A program made the translations under genes and the position numbers. Below the pieces are notes generated by a model. It did no database searches. It was not told the DNA's origin and saw nothing but the letters and a program-made list of their open reading frames with translations. A stretch of DNA of 64,000 nucleotides from Paraspadella gotoi (lineage: Eukaryota > Animalia > Chaetognatha), in the NCBI GenBank assembly GCA_051294375.1, contig JBJCIZ010000239.1, forward strand, positions 4,345,834 through 4,409,833, read 5' to 3'. This document shows, piece by piece, positions 1 through 12,655 of the stretch (position 1 is its first letter; each line of letters opens with the position of its first letter).

Positions 1-829
1 AAAAGATGTCTGCACAAAATATATATTTTTTAAAAATATTTTTATGATAAGTAGGTCTAAAATAAGAAAAACTATAAAAAATCATCATCATCATCTTTCG
101 ATGATTTTATCTTTTTTTAAAATTTTTATTGAGAAAACGTAATAATTTTTAAAAGCTGTAATTATATTTCTTGTTTATCTTTATATGCTTTATCAGAATC
201 CCTCATTTATTTATATAGTAATAAAATAATTTTAATTAAGCTAGTACCCTCAGAAAAAAGAATTTTTGACTAAAAATATTTTAATACTATGCTTATGATA
301 GATTATTTCAACGCAGTATACATTAGCATTTAAATTTTATCGGCTATGGCTAATACAAAATATAATTCTATTTTCGAGATTTTGATCTTTAAAAACTTTT
401 TCTAAATATTTACAACACAATGAAAAAAAAGGAAAATAACACAATGATATTTTGATCATTGGTGGGTAAAAAATAAGAAAAACTATTAATAATCTTCATC
501 ATCATCTTTTAATGATTTTATTACTTTTTCTTAATTTTGACCAAGATAACATAAGAATTTTCAAAAGTTATATTTATATTTTTTAATTATGCTCTATCAG
601 AATACATCAAAAAATTTAAGGTAGATTGAAAAAATTATCATTACATAGTAATATTGTAATTTTTATAGCAACAATAAAAGCTTTAAAATTTACATGTTTT
701 TAAAAAAAATTATTTTTTTACCAAAGATTTGAACCCCCGCACAAAGGCCCGATTGTAAGCCCCACCCTTTAAATTTTCCTAACTCCGATCTAGCCGATCT
801 AGCCGCCCCTTTTGATTTTCATCTTAGTA

Positions 830-969
830 GAAATAAGTTTGAATTTATTTGCAACAACGATTTTATTAGTACATAAGGACGTACATGTTTCGGCTTTAGT
901 TACAAGCCTTCTTCAGCGTCATAGAAAAATTGTTTGTGAACTTTCACAAATCATTTGTGCAAAGGAAAA

Positions 970-1041
<72 letters not shown>

Positions 1042-1160
1042 GAGACAGAGAGAGGGCAAAGTTTCCAACACAGAGTTGAGAAAAAGAATAGTGGTCAGAT
1101 GTGAGGACAGGTCAAGGTGAAGACAGATTGAGTTAGACTGTGAAAAGAAATTAAGTGGTG
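830..1160 (-). mobile_element. Non-autonomous Penelope-like fragment with (CT)n tracts and terminal hammerhead
   Basis: Shares ACCTGTCCTCACATCTGACC, (CT)n and the hammerhead end with copies at ~53170-53420 and ~27380-27680. Confidence 0.6.
878..920 (-). ncRNA. Minimal type I hammerhead ribozyme
   Basis: Minus strand reads GACG-CUGAAGA-A-GGCUU-guaacua-AAGCC-GAAAC-AU-GUA-CGUC: core intact, stem I GACG/CGUC, stem II GGCUU/AAGCC, palindromic stem III ACAUGU, GUA cleavage triplet. Confidence 0.8.
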
Positions 1161-1516
1161 AAAATTTTTGAGAGAGAGACAGAGAGAGAGAGAGAGAGAA
1201 AAGAAAAAAGGAACATTAGTAACTTCTAATCCAAACACAACGAAAAGAAAGGAAATTCGCTATGATTTTCATCTTATAGTAGATTTCTACCTATGGCGCA
1301 GAGTCCCGACTCTTCCAATCAAGCCAAAGACCAAGCTGTCCAACAAGCTTCCTTCCAAGCTTCCTTCCAAGCTTCCTCTCGCCCTGCCGACCGAGCTAAC
1401 GAGGGGAAGAGGGATGGATTGACGACGAGAACGACCAATCAAATGCTTGTTCGAAGGAAGCTTACCTACGATCAAGCAAAAAGGCTATGCGTTAATGGTA
1501 AGGGTTAGGGGAGGGA

Positions 1517-1571
<55 letters not shown>

Positions 1572-2258
1572 AAAAAAGAGGAACTAAAGAAAAGAAAAGA
1601 TGTATCAATTACTTTTAAATTTGTTAAATTGGTTAAAAAATATTTAATTATAAGAGAAAAATTATATTCTTATCTTTAAATGTTATTTCTTTTCTTTTTA
1701 AAAAGGAATCATGATTATTTTTTCTTATTTGCATTAACGTGATTATTTTTAATTTTTATTTTTACTAAAGACAAAAACGATATTAATATTATTGATTACA
1801 AAAAACAGTAACGGTTCTATTAACAGTTACGTGATTTTTTTTGAAACAAAACAAATAACATTTTTAAAACGTAAAATAAAAGAAAACAGAAACGTTATAA
1901 AAACATTACAAGTGTATTATATGGTGTTAAACAACAAAATTAAAAACGTTATTAATGCAGAAAAATTCAAAGTAATACAATATGTAAATGAGATTAAATA
2001 ACTCACTATCATTTCCCCCTCGAGGCGGAGGCGACCCTCACCTCGGCAAAGCTTCGGTCGACGACGCACTCGAGAAATTTCTGCCCTTGCTGACCGAGTG
2101 CCCGGCGGGCTCGCGACCCCCGCCCATGATCAATTGGAAGATGCAGCCTCTTCATTCGGTTCAACGGGGCAACCAAGTTTGGATGAAAGTCATCTACTAT
2201 GGCTCTACCATTTCAATACCGAGTAGGAAGAGAGAGAGAGAGATACAAAAAAAAGTGC

Positions 2259-2293
<35 letters not shown>

Positions 2294-2339
2294 TGAGAGA
2301 GAGAGAGAGAGTGCGTTTATAACTTTATTGATCGTAAAT

Positions 2340-2600
2340 TAGCTAATTTGAAAATGGGACAACCAATTCAAAAATTATCAATTCATTTAATAAATAAGCT
2401 AACTTGCCCCTGAATTTTGACAGGCTTTGGTGGTTTAAGGCCTCCATCACTCTCACAAGATATCTACATAGCACGACCCTACAAGTTTTCAATCAAGACT
2501 CTTTCACAGTCTGGTTTATTCACTCCCAGAGTATCTGGTTTCCCTATCAATGAAGTGGTATATTATTTCAAAGTATATTTAAATTGCACGTAAAAGGATC
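2340..2600. repeat. Dispersed repeat family C (probable LINE 3' fragment)
   Basis: AATAAATAAGCTA..GGACAGGCTTTGGTGGTTTAAGGCCTCCATCACTC recurs at 52510-52740, 52830-52898, 18180-18290 and 55240-55370. Confidence 0.6.
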
Positions 2601-5522
2601 ACTGCCTAATGTATCAGACCTCTGAATAATGAACTCCACACTACCTGACTATAGGTACAGCTGATACAAAAAAAACCAAACTATTCATGTTTTTGTTAGA
2701 AAAGCCATCTTGCCGTTCTAGACTCGAGGCTATACACTAGGGTGAAGTGAAAGTTTGGAATCAAAATTTAGCAGTTATATTTTGAAAACGATCATATTAG
2801 TAAATACTGATCTGTAGTTATATTTTTTTACATATATAATAGCCCAGTCAGCTTATTTTGTATATAATACATTATATAGATTCCTCTATAATTTTTTTAT
2901 TTTGTCAGAACGTTTTACTCCTTTATTTTTCCATTTTTTTGACACGCTAAACGTTTCTCTGATTACGCAAAATATCATGTAAGAAATATAAAAATTAATA
3001 TAACCAATAGTTAGTTATTATATCTCGAATAGATGGAAAAAAAACCTCGTTTAAAATTCGATCGGAAGTGGGGTAACTAAGGCTTACCAATGCATCCTCC
3101 ACACTGATCGTTCTCTAAATAATTTTTTTTTATTTAATCATTTGAAAGGGAAAAAAAGAAAATTCAAATGCAGGTTGCAGAAAGAGTATAATAATCTGGA
3201 CATACTGACACAATAATCATGACCTTTTATGTCTTGTGAAATGGGGGCAGTAAAGAAACCTAAAAAATTCGATCATTAAGTCAGTCAATGAACCCTTTCC
3301 AATTGGCTATTCCGCGAAATTTTTTTTCTTAATTAAAATGGATGATAAATAATAGAATTAAATTCCTAGTATAAAGGTTGTATATTTAAAAGAAAATTAT
3401 CAATACAAAATAAACACAATAATGTCTTGCTTTGTCAAATATGTTGCCAGCTATGTAATTTTTAAAAATTTTATAATGATAAACAAAGCAGTGTGTCAAG
3501 CTTTTTGTTTGCAGTTAAAGATAAAGAAAAATGACGATTTTTTTTTCACGAGAGAAGAAGGTAGACATCCAGACTGTTTATATCAAGCTGAATACATTTT
3601 ATATATTATCATTTTTAATATTTTAAAAAGACATTTTATCAAGCTATTACAACAATTTGTGCTTGTTTTTTACTTTAACTGAAAAATACAAGCAAATTTA
3701 TGCAGTTAAAAAAAATTTAATGGTAATCAAAATGTAATTTAGCCTTTCCTATTTCAAATTACAAAAAAAAAATAAAAAAATTCATATGCCTTCATTGAAA
3801 TTTTTAATGCAAAAAACTGTTATACTTTTAACCCTAATTTAACAAAAGCTGTGTAAATAATTATGGATAAAATATAATAAAAACTGATTTTAGAAAGATG
3901 TCCCATGATTAGGGCTTTAATTTGATACCATGCCCACCTTGCTATCTTTTTTCTTTCAAAAGTTATTCAAGAAAATAACTTTTTTTACCATTAAAGAACT
4001 AAGGATTTGAACTACGCAGTACAAATCTTTGTTAAATAAAAATTTCGGCAAAGCAGGAGTATCTCACTTAATTCTATTGGTACAATACTTAAATTTTAAT
4101 ATAAAACTTGAAGAAAAATTTTTTGTCATCCAGAGACATGTCACTTTCAGTTGTACCCATCGCAATGAGTTCATTTATGGTAAATGCTTGAAGAAATCAG
4201 CGAAACGTTTTCTCTTTTTTTTAAATAGTTAGTACTAGCGCGTCAGAAATCTTTAGAGAAACTTGAAAATTTTATTCTGATAAATTTGGTCTTTTAAGGC
4301 TTACGTTTATGACCATATCTTGGAAACTATTGCAAGAATTTTAAAACGGTTTTTTGCAAGTGAATATTGACATCATCCTCCAGGGGTTGGCATAAAAATA
4401 TATAAAAAAATTAATTAAAATTAGCTCTCCTATGAGGTATCTACATTATATAATGTCAAAATTTCAAAATAGTTATTTTTAAATTGCAAGAACAGATTCA
4501 GATTTTTCGTAAAAAGTTAATAAAAAAAATATAAATCTTTTTTAAAAATTATATCATTATATAGGTTAAAATTATAAAAAACTATATTTTTAAGCTGGAA
4601 ATTAAAAATTGCCATTTTAAATATAGTTTTTTTTATATTTTTAACCAACTTAATGAAAGAATTTTTAAAAAGAATAATTCTTTTTAATATCAACTTTTTG
4701 CAAGGAATCCAAATCCGTTCTTAAAATTTAAAAATATATATTTTGAAATTTTAGCTTATTATATACTTTTTATTATATATAAATATAGCTCACTGGTGCC
4801 CACTAATGTATAAAATAAAAAAAATAAATTTACCAAAGTATTTTTATTGGCTTTTATTTTCATATTTTATAAGCTAAATTTTAATTTTATAAAATTTAAT
4901 TATTTTCACATCACTCTACTATACTCATCTGATTCGCTTTTAAATCCACCCCACTTCCCCCCTGGTCAATCAAGAGATTTCCACGAGCATTATCTTCGGC
5001 TATGGAAGCGACCTATCCCTGTATTTAACTCAGATCGATCTCAATCTACATTTGCCGCTCTACCGTCTTAATTTCAGGAGGTAAATTATATTTATTGTTA
5101 TTATTATTTATTATTATTATTTTATTCATTTGGTCTGATAAAAATGGCGAACAAAATGAAACACCGTTTTTTCCACCACTAAATCTTTGCAAAATCACGA
5201 TTTTTCCACCACTTCCCTTTATTCCACCACTTCTTTTATTCCACCACTTCTGCTTTTGACTCGCTTTCAAGCAACCCTTCATCTCATTAACCCACATTTT
5301 CCACCACCCCACCCACATTTTTCCACCTCCCCCCAATTTTCCACCACCAACCTTCCTTCTATTCCAGAACTTCAGCCTTCGACTCGCCCGCCAACCACCC
5401 CGGAGACGTCCCTCTTCTCTTAGACGAGTTACCTCTTTCCGCCAAAACGAAAGATGGGGTCAGCGTCACCGACGCCCTCGTCGACGCTTACGGAAACATG
5501 ACGGGTGTGAAGGCGAATTGTG

Positions 5523-6179
5523 GGCTCTCTTTTCCCAGAGTGCCCCATTTCTGTTTGTTGATCCCAGAATTTTAATTTTAATCTTAATTTTTTACTATTG
5601 TCGACTAAAATCTATCAACAGTTTACCAGCAGCAATTTGTGTAGGAGGCAAGTGATTCGCCTCCCAACCCAAAGGTTCGGGGTTCTAACCTGGTGGTTGC
5701 TCTTAGCAGTTAAAAAGGACGGGGCGCTTAACCCGCCATTAACCCGCCATTAACCCGCCATTAACCCGCCATTAATCCGCTTGTAATACGGTGTTACAGC
5801 CTTATCCAAAAGCTCAGGGATTGTTTTTATGAACGGTTCTGTCATTAACAATAAATACCGTTTCTTCATTACCTAAATATATTTTTGACCTTGTAAACTA
5901 AACCTTGAGCTTATTTTTTTAACTTTAATCCTAAACCTTAACCCTAACTTCATCCTAAACCCTTATCCTTAATTTTTAGTCCTGACCTTTAACGCTAAAT
6001 GTTAATCCTTTACCTAAATCCTTAACCCTAATCACGAACCAAATCCCTTACCTTAAACACTAGCCTAATCTGTAGTCTGATCATCCACCTCCGATGTAAT
6101 ATTTAAATTTTAATTTTAAAAAAATTAACCGAATTCCCAAAATTAAAATAAATCGGGGCGTTCTAGAGAAAATAAAGCC
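5523..6179. mobile_element. Telomeric-repeat MITE (GG...CC TIRs, ~8-bp TSD) with nested SINE-A
   Basis: TIRs GGCTCTCTTTTCCCAGAGTGCCCCATTTC / AAATCGGGGCGTTCTAGAGAAAATAAAGCC; flanks GAATTGTG / GAATTGTA; internal degenerate CCCTAA repeats. Confidence 0.75.
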
Positions 6180-7488
6180 GAATTGTAGAAGGGGGGATTA
6201 GGAGCCCATTGCCGCCTTCTTTTCCAAAACCTCCCAGTTTCAACTTAAATTTTAAGTTTGAAGTTAGCGATTATGATTAGGGATTAGGTTACAATTAGGG
6301 ATAAGGGTTAAGACTTAAACTCAACTTTCAGATAAGGATTATAGGTAAGGGTTATATGTAAATTTAAGGATTAAGAATCTATATGGGGTGCTTTAAAAAA
6401 TTTTAAAGATTTGAGGGCCATAATCGGTTTTTGGGGAAGGAAAAATAAAATGTTATTATCATCGGGAAGACAATTGTTTGACTGACGAACGAATGAATAA
6501 ATGAATCTATAAGTGATTGAAGGAAGGAAGAAAGAATGTATTATTTAATTTCTAAATTTATCAAATATTTAATGAATGATAAAATTAATGAAAAAAAAAA
6601 AGTTTCCTTTTTAATTGATTCCAGCGAAAGAACTAACTAATTTGCACATCGGCAACAAAGAGATATCCCTCGTAAATTATCAACATCATGATAAGATTAG
6701 AGGGATTGGATATTTGGCAGAAAAGTAAGTTCCTCTTTTTGATGACTTTTTTTCTCATGCTGATTCAATGGATTTAATATTCCATAGTGTATTAAAATCC
6801 GCCAGACTCCTTCGCTATTTTTTTTTGGCCCTCCTGTAAGACAAGCTCATGTCGCATTCATTATCGATAACCTTATAACTTGGTCAAAGTAAGGTTTAAA
6901 AATTATTTGGGTCCCTTTAAAAAAATGTTTAACACCATTGTATTGTATTCTTACGTGATATTTAACCATAATTTTTTGAAAATGTTTAACCCTATCCTTA
7001 ACCCTTAACCGAAAGCCTAACCATTATCGTTTACCCAATTTCTTATCCTATTTCGTTAACTTACCCTGTGGCTCATTGTGTAGACGCGTCAGCTCATGAT
7101 CCATGATAGTCCCCGGATCGGTCCCCTATGATACCTACCCTGCGGGAAGCGAGAGGACGGCCGTAAACCACCTCGTGGGCATGGAAAACTTTCAAGACCC
7201 CTTCCATTGCTGTTAAAGAAGTTGCGAATAGCCATTTTCAGCCCACTTGGTCCCTTATCTGCCTCATCCACAAGCTAACCTACTTTGTTAAACTTTTTTC
7301 AAGAAAAATATTATATTATAACAATTTAATTTCGATCTTTTTACCTCCTTCGATTTTCATCCCAGCGAAACGAAAAGCGTAACGAGTTTTTGGTTATCTC
7401 AAGATCCCCAAACCCAGAGAATGTCATTCTGCAACGTTGATCAAGTCTTGAAGGATATGAACATCGAATTTTATTAATGACGTCGTCG

Positions 7489-7521
<33 letters not shown>

Positions 7522-7909
7522 GCGTTACCATCCGAAACTATATAGTATTTAGTAATCGTACCATCTTAGCGAATCCGAAAATAAAGGAAAACAAATTTAG
7601 GTGCTGGAAAATTATCTTTTGAGTAAATTATTAATGAAAAAAAAAAAATTTGAAAAACTATTTATTGAATTAAAAAAGGATAATTTACGATGGGATTTTC
7701 TAATCATAAGAAATACAATTCGTGGGAATGTTTTTAAAGTGAGAGCTGCAGACTAACCATAATTTAATGCTTTTAATTAAAAAAAAAAATTATTATCTTT
7801 TTGATTATGCGCGATGAAAGAAAGGAAAAACGATTAAAAGTAGAAAATAGTTTGTTTGAGTTTTTTTTTTAAAGAGAAGCCAGTTAGGTTGATAGGGAAT
7901 ATTTTTAAG

Positions 7910-7953
<44 letters not shown>

Positions 7954-8539
7954 TCGTCTCTCTCTCTCTCTCTCTCCCTCCCGCGCCGTAGTCGGAACGG
8001 TCCTTGCAAAAGAGTGACAAAGCCGGTTAAACTTCCGGAAACATGCTTATTGCTTAGCTGCCTACTGTCGAATTCTAAGTTCCGATAAGTCAGGGCAACA
8101 CGGTGTAAATATCTCCCATACCAAACGGACACGAACTGTGTAAGATGGGCGTTCTGGGAAAATAGGGCTTTTTTGTTGCCCATATATTTCAAAAGCGCCT
8201 CATTTCTGTTCTTTAGTCCCTGAACTTAATTATAACCCCGATATTTAACTTAATCTGAAACTACTAATACTAATACTAATCCCTAATCCACTAATCCCTA
8301 ATCTTCAGCCTCGTCTTTATGACTGAGCTGGCGAAATCATCTCATTACAAACGTGCATCCCGGGTTCAATCCCTTGGCATCCCCGCTTTAGTTAAAATGT
8401 AACGGAGCCGGTCTAATCATGCCTTACTTTTCTGGTAACGCTCCATACTCGCTTGCTCGCCCGCTCTCACTATGGCAATAAGATCAACACCTTCTCTCAG
8501 ACGTTTTTTTCAGTAAGTAAGTAAATTAAATTAAGTTAT

Positions 8540-8750
8540 ATGGTGGACTAAAATCCAGCCATTGGTGCCGGAGGCAATTCATTCGTCTCCCAACCCAAAG
8601 GTCCGGGGTTCTAGCCCGGTGGCCGCCTAGCAGTAAAGAGGGACGGGGCGCTTAACCCGCCTGTAACACGGTGTTACAGCTTGATCCGAAGCTCAGGGAC
8701 TGCTTGAATGGTTCTGTCGCTAACATATATAAATAATTACTGTCTCTTCA
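8540..8750 (+). mobile_element. SINE-A, tRNA-derived (~235 bp)
   Basis: TGGTGGACTAAAATCC.. head, tRNA-like block with B-box GGTTCTAGCCC, hairpin CTGTAACACGGTGTTACAG, ends CTCTTCA. Other copies at 5598, 28424, 33397, 41660/42075 (-), 56200, 61342 and 62629. Confidence 0.8.
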
Positions 8751-9456
8751 GCTAATTCTTTATCAAATACTTAACCTCGATCTTTATTTAAAACCCGGTA
8801 AAAAAAAGAAGAAAAAAATTAAATAAATCTCTCGAATTTACCATCAGACATCCCCGGGAAATTACCATGTTGTCCACAGATTCCCGATGTCCATTTTGAG
8901 TATAAAACCCGAGAGATGTCGCTTCTCTGCCAATTTGATCTTTTTAACGGAACGAAAGTATTAAACTAAACTAATTCTTAATTCTTCGTCTTTATCTCAA
9001 ATTAATTCTCGATACACAACGAAAAAGAAAGAATCTTCACAATACTTAATACATAATATTTTAATTCGGTCGACGTTGAATAATTTTGTTTTCTAATTTC
9101 TAAAAAAATAACTAAAAAAACTAACAAATGCTTAAATATGAAATTCAAAACGAATTACTAAATAAAAACAAAAACAAATCCGAAACTACATATTAAACCC
9201 AAAATATTTTACATAAACTCAAAAAAAAAAATTTAAAGCATAAAGATAAATAGAGATTAAAAGGAATACTTAAAATAAATGAGAAAAAAAACCCAAGTAA
9301 AAATTACAAAGCAAATAAATAACTAAATATATTTTTAAAAAATAAAGAAACTAGCGAGTAATTAATTAAATAAACTAACGAATAAACGATTAATAAATGA
9401 TAAAAAATAATTAAATAAATACGTAAATAAATTAATACAAAATCAAAACTCCCAAA

Positions 9457-10108
9457 ATGTCGAAAAATCCACGCGTTAAGTGGACGAAACCTTCCGCTCG
9501 CTGTTCATGCATCCTCGTCGTCGTCGTCGTCGTCGCCGTTCTCGCCGGCGTCATCGCTTCCCTAAAACTGACGGCACTCTTATCCGAAACCGCACCGTTT
9601 CCGTTCCTAATTCTTAATTTTAATATATTTTTATGTTTATATGTTTATATGTTTGTATGTTTATAATAAACATATAATATATTTTTTTAAATGCTTCGTC
9701 CAAGCTTGATGCGATCTCTTACCCTTATCCTTGATTCTTATCCCTAATTCCTTACCTTAATCTCAAACCCTAATCCTTAACCCTAATCCCTGACCCTAAT
9801 TCATCTTCCTTAACCTTAATTCTTCATCCTTAACCACTAACCTAAAAATCAAGCATAAAAAAAAAATAATAATTCTGAATTTAAACTGAAATCGGTCGGT
9901 TTTCGGAAAAGATGGCCAAATCGTCGACGTCGCCGATTCTAAAAACAATGCCGACGAATGAGCTCGAGGAACGGGCGGCGACGGCGGCGCTTCTGAAATC
10001 GCCGGTGGAAGCGGCGCCGATTTCTGTCCAGGAGAAGACGCCGACAACGACGATGGCGACGACGACAGAGCTAAGCGAGTTTTCCACCGATGGTTCGTTG
10101 ATTGATTT

Positions 10109-10163
<55 letters not shown>

Positions 10164-11032
10164 GATTTAATTTATTTATTTATTTATTTATTTATTTATA
10201 CGTTAATTCATTGAAAAAAGGATGGAGGTCTTAAACCACCATAGCCCGACCAAATGAACGAATGAATGGATAATTTTTATATCTATTGTACAAATTTCGA
10301 AATGTTAAAAAAAAAAGCGTGGAGACATGTGTAGTGACTTGTATTTTAAATTTGAAGTTGCTCAATGTTGTCGGGTATTGTTATAAGTCTATATAAGCAT
10401 GACATCTTCAGTCTTGACCCGGTGAGTAATACCATCAGCTCATGACCATTAGGTACCGGGATCGATCCCCAATGGTATCTGCCCTGCGGGAAGCGTGGGG
10501 ACGGCCGTAAACCGCCTTGTGGGCGTGGAAAACCCTGAAGCCTGGTTCCAAGCCCAGGACCCGTTAGAGATGTTGCGGACAGCACTCATCGGCTCACTTA
10601 GCGCCTTATTTGGATTTATATTGTATAATTTGTATAAGTATTGTATGGTATAAGTTTAATAATTACGATTATGTTCATTTCCGTTTCATAGACATTCTCG
10701 GTAGATTAAGAGGAGGAAGAGGAAGAGCAATAAAGAGGCGGGGGAGGAGGAAGAGGAGGAGGAGGGGAAAGTCGGGTAAGCAAGAGAGAGAGAGAGAGAA
10801 AGAAAATAAAAGAAGAAAGATAGAAAGAAAGAACGACAGAAAGAGTAGAGTTAGCAATGGTAAAAGAAACAAGAAAGAGAGAAAGAAAAAAAGAAAGAGA
10901 GAAAGAAAATAAAGGGAAAAAAATGTAAAAAACAAAAGATAATACATGAAATAAAAGGGAAAAAATGAGAAAAATAGAAATAAAGATAAAAAAACGAGAG
11001 AAAAAAGAAAAAAAAGAACCTTTTAACTTAGA

Positions 11033-11085
<53 letters not shown>

Positions 11086-12101
11086 GAAGTCGCGGCGTTC
11101 CAACTCCGCGGAGCCGTGATCACGAAATGCTCGGGTCCGCAGAAATACTCCGATGACACGGGACAGAAGGTTAAATGCGAGGGTCCACCGCCGAGGACGA
11201 GAATGGAGGAGGATCCGATACTTATCAGGGACTGGAAGGTAATAGAGATCAATCAATCAATCAATCTATCCGTCAATCAATCAATCAATCGATTGATTAA
11301 TACCGCGAAGGAAAAATAAAAACTGACGCGGATCACATTTATTCAAAAATTTAAAAAAAAATGTAAAAATATTACATCGAGATAATTTAAGTTTGTGTCG
11401 GTTGAAAAAGTTGTGTTTCATTTATATACAATACAATGCAAAAGAAAATTAATTAATTCCTGTAACCTGTAACCTGTTCCGCCTTACTACGTAGTACGTA
11501 ATGTTGATCAACGTAAATCGTGTTCGCTCATCGTCGAGCACTGTCGTTCGTCAGCGATCAACGAACCTCGTCGTGCATTCCTCTTTCATACGGAATATAA
11601 TGTCTTCTAACGACATCCGTGTCATGGAAGAAAAAAAAAGAACTAGAAAAGAAATGTTTTAATATCCTTGTGAGTAGTGGTGGCGAAAAAAGAGGAACTA
11701 AAAATGGATATAAAAAATCTTAAAAGCATAAGGATCAAGCCATGATGATAGTCATTCATTGATGCGATGAATCATTCAATCATCGATAAAAATCTGCACA
11801 AAGAGAGCAGCACTATTTAGCAGTGATTGAGGTGATAAAAGAATGATAATAAAATTATAATAAATCAAATCAAATCAATCAATTAATCAACCAACCAAAC
11901 AATCGATTTAATCAGTCAACCAAACAACTAATCAACCAAATCAATTAATCAAGGATTCAATCAATCAATCAATCGAACGTAGGGCCGAGTGGGAAATGGC
12001 TTCTCTTTTCAAGACGGAATCGTCGTCGTTAAGAATCCAGGATTTTATTACGGATTCGTGGACTATCATTTCCTACGAGTCGGACAACGCTGCAAGTTTC
12101 A

Positions 12102-12165
<64 letters not shown>

Positions 12166-12655
12166 GGTTAAGTTTTAAAATTAAGTTAAAAAATTTAAAA
12201 AAATTGTTTTAATAATTAAAAAGGATTTGGGTGAGATATTTAAGTTAATGGAGGCGCTTCTAAAAATAAAAACAAAATTAACGATATATGGATAATTTTT
12301 ATATTGGTTGTGCCAATTTCATAATCTCTTTCCTCTCTCTCCCTCTCCCACTCTCTCCCACTCTCTCGCTCTCCCACTCCCTCCCTTCCCCCTTCACTGC
12401 CTCCCTCCCTCCATCACACAGCTCCGTTTCCACCGTTCCGACCGCCAGCTCGGCCCGCCACTCATCTGCTATTCCGAAACGCCCGGCTTGGCCAGAGAGA
12501 ACAGGGATTACTGGACGCCCTGTTACAGGGCTTTTTTGCGATATTTCCAACCGGGCGATCGGATCAGAGTGGAATACAAGCAGACGTCCGATTGCTCGGG
12601 AGATGTTCTCGTTCCGCTGCGCCATTCGAGATTCGGGATGTTTTTCGTGGGTTAG
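9457..12655 (+). CDS. TNF-superfamily ligand 1 (type II membrane protein, Thr-rich stalk, C-terminal TNF homology domain)
   Basis: Exons 9457-9573 (or -9654), 9912-10092, 11087-11238, 11983-12102, 12422-12655. TM ILVVVVVVAVLAGVIA; THD motifs AAFQL, W, NGFSFQDGIVVVKNPGFYY, FQPGDRIRV, SRFGMFFVG*. Confidence 0.85.
9573..9917. mobile_element. Telomeric-repeat MITE copy forming TNF1 intron 1
   Basis: Decayed TIRs GGCACTCTTATCCGAAACCGCACCGTTTC / GAAATCGGTCGGTTTTCGGAAAAGATGGCC; internal CCCTAA-like repeats; flanks AAACTGAC / AAATCGTC. Confidence 0.75.

Larger units (their letters stand above)
1293..8969 (+). pseudogene. C-type-lectin-like multi-exon gene with two lesions (or CDS ending at TAA 7477); 5' end may lie upstream
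   Basis: Phase-consistent exons 1293-1497, 2025-2222, 4975-5080, 5368-5504, 6625-6724, 7366-7600, 7992-8139, 8880-8969. The N-terminal LTYDQAKRLCVNGGGDPHL..VWM and C-terminal ETCLLL..C..SLLCQF resemble CTL motifs. The model needs a +1 frameshift at ~7470 and contains an in-frame TAA at 8086-8088. Confidence 0.5.

Noticed and set aside
8086-8088. In-frame TAA as evidence for a reassigned stop codon
   Set aside because: TAA, TAG and TGA each terminate well-supported genes here (globin and MCT, TNF1 and ENaC, knottin and kelch), and there are no other internal stops in intact genes.
8558-8630. tRNA-Gly-like and tRNA-Met-like sequences as real tRNA genes
   Set aside because: Stems do not pair into a cloverleaf and they are embedded in multi-copy SINE-like elements.
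7346-8935. Possible minus-strand gene (FVSVWYGRYL.., DGTITKYYIV..) overlapping the lectin-like gene
   Set aside because: No GT donor for the middle exon; plus-strand splice sites and Cys motifs explain the same segments better. Not fully excluded.
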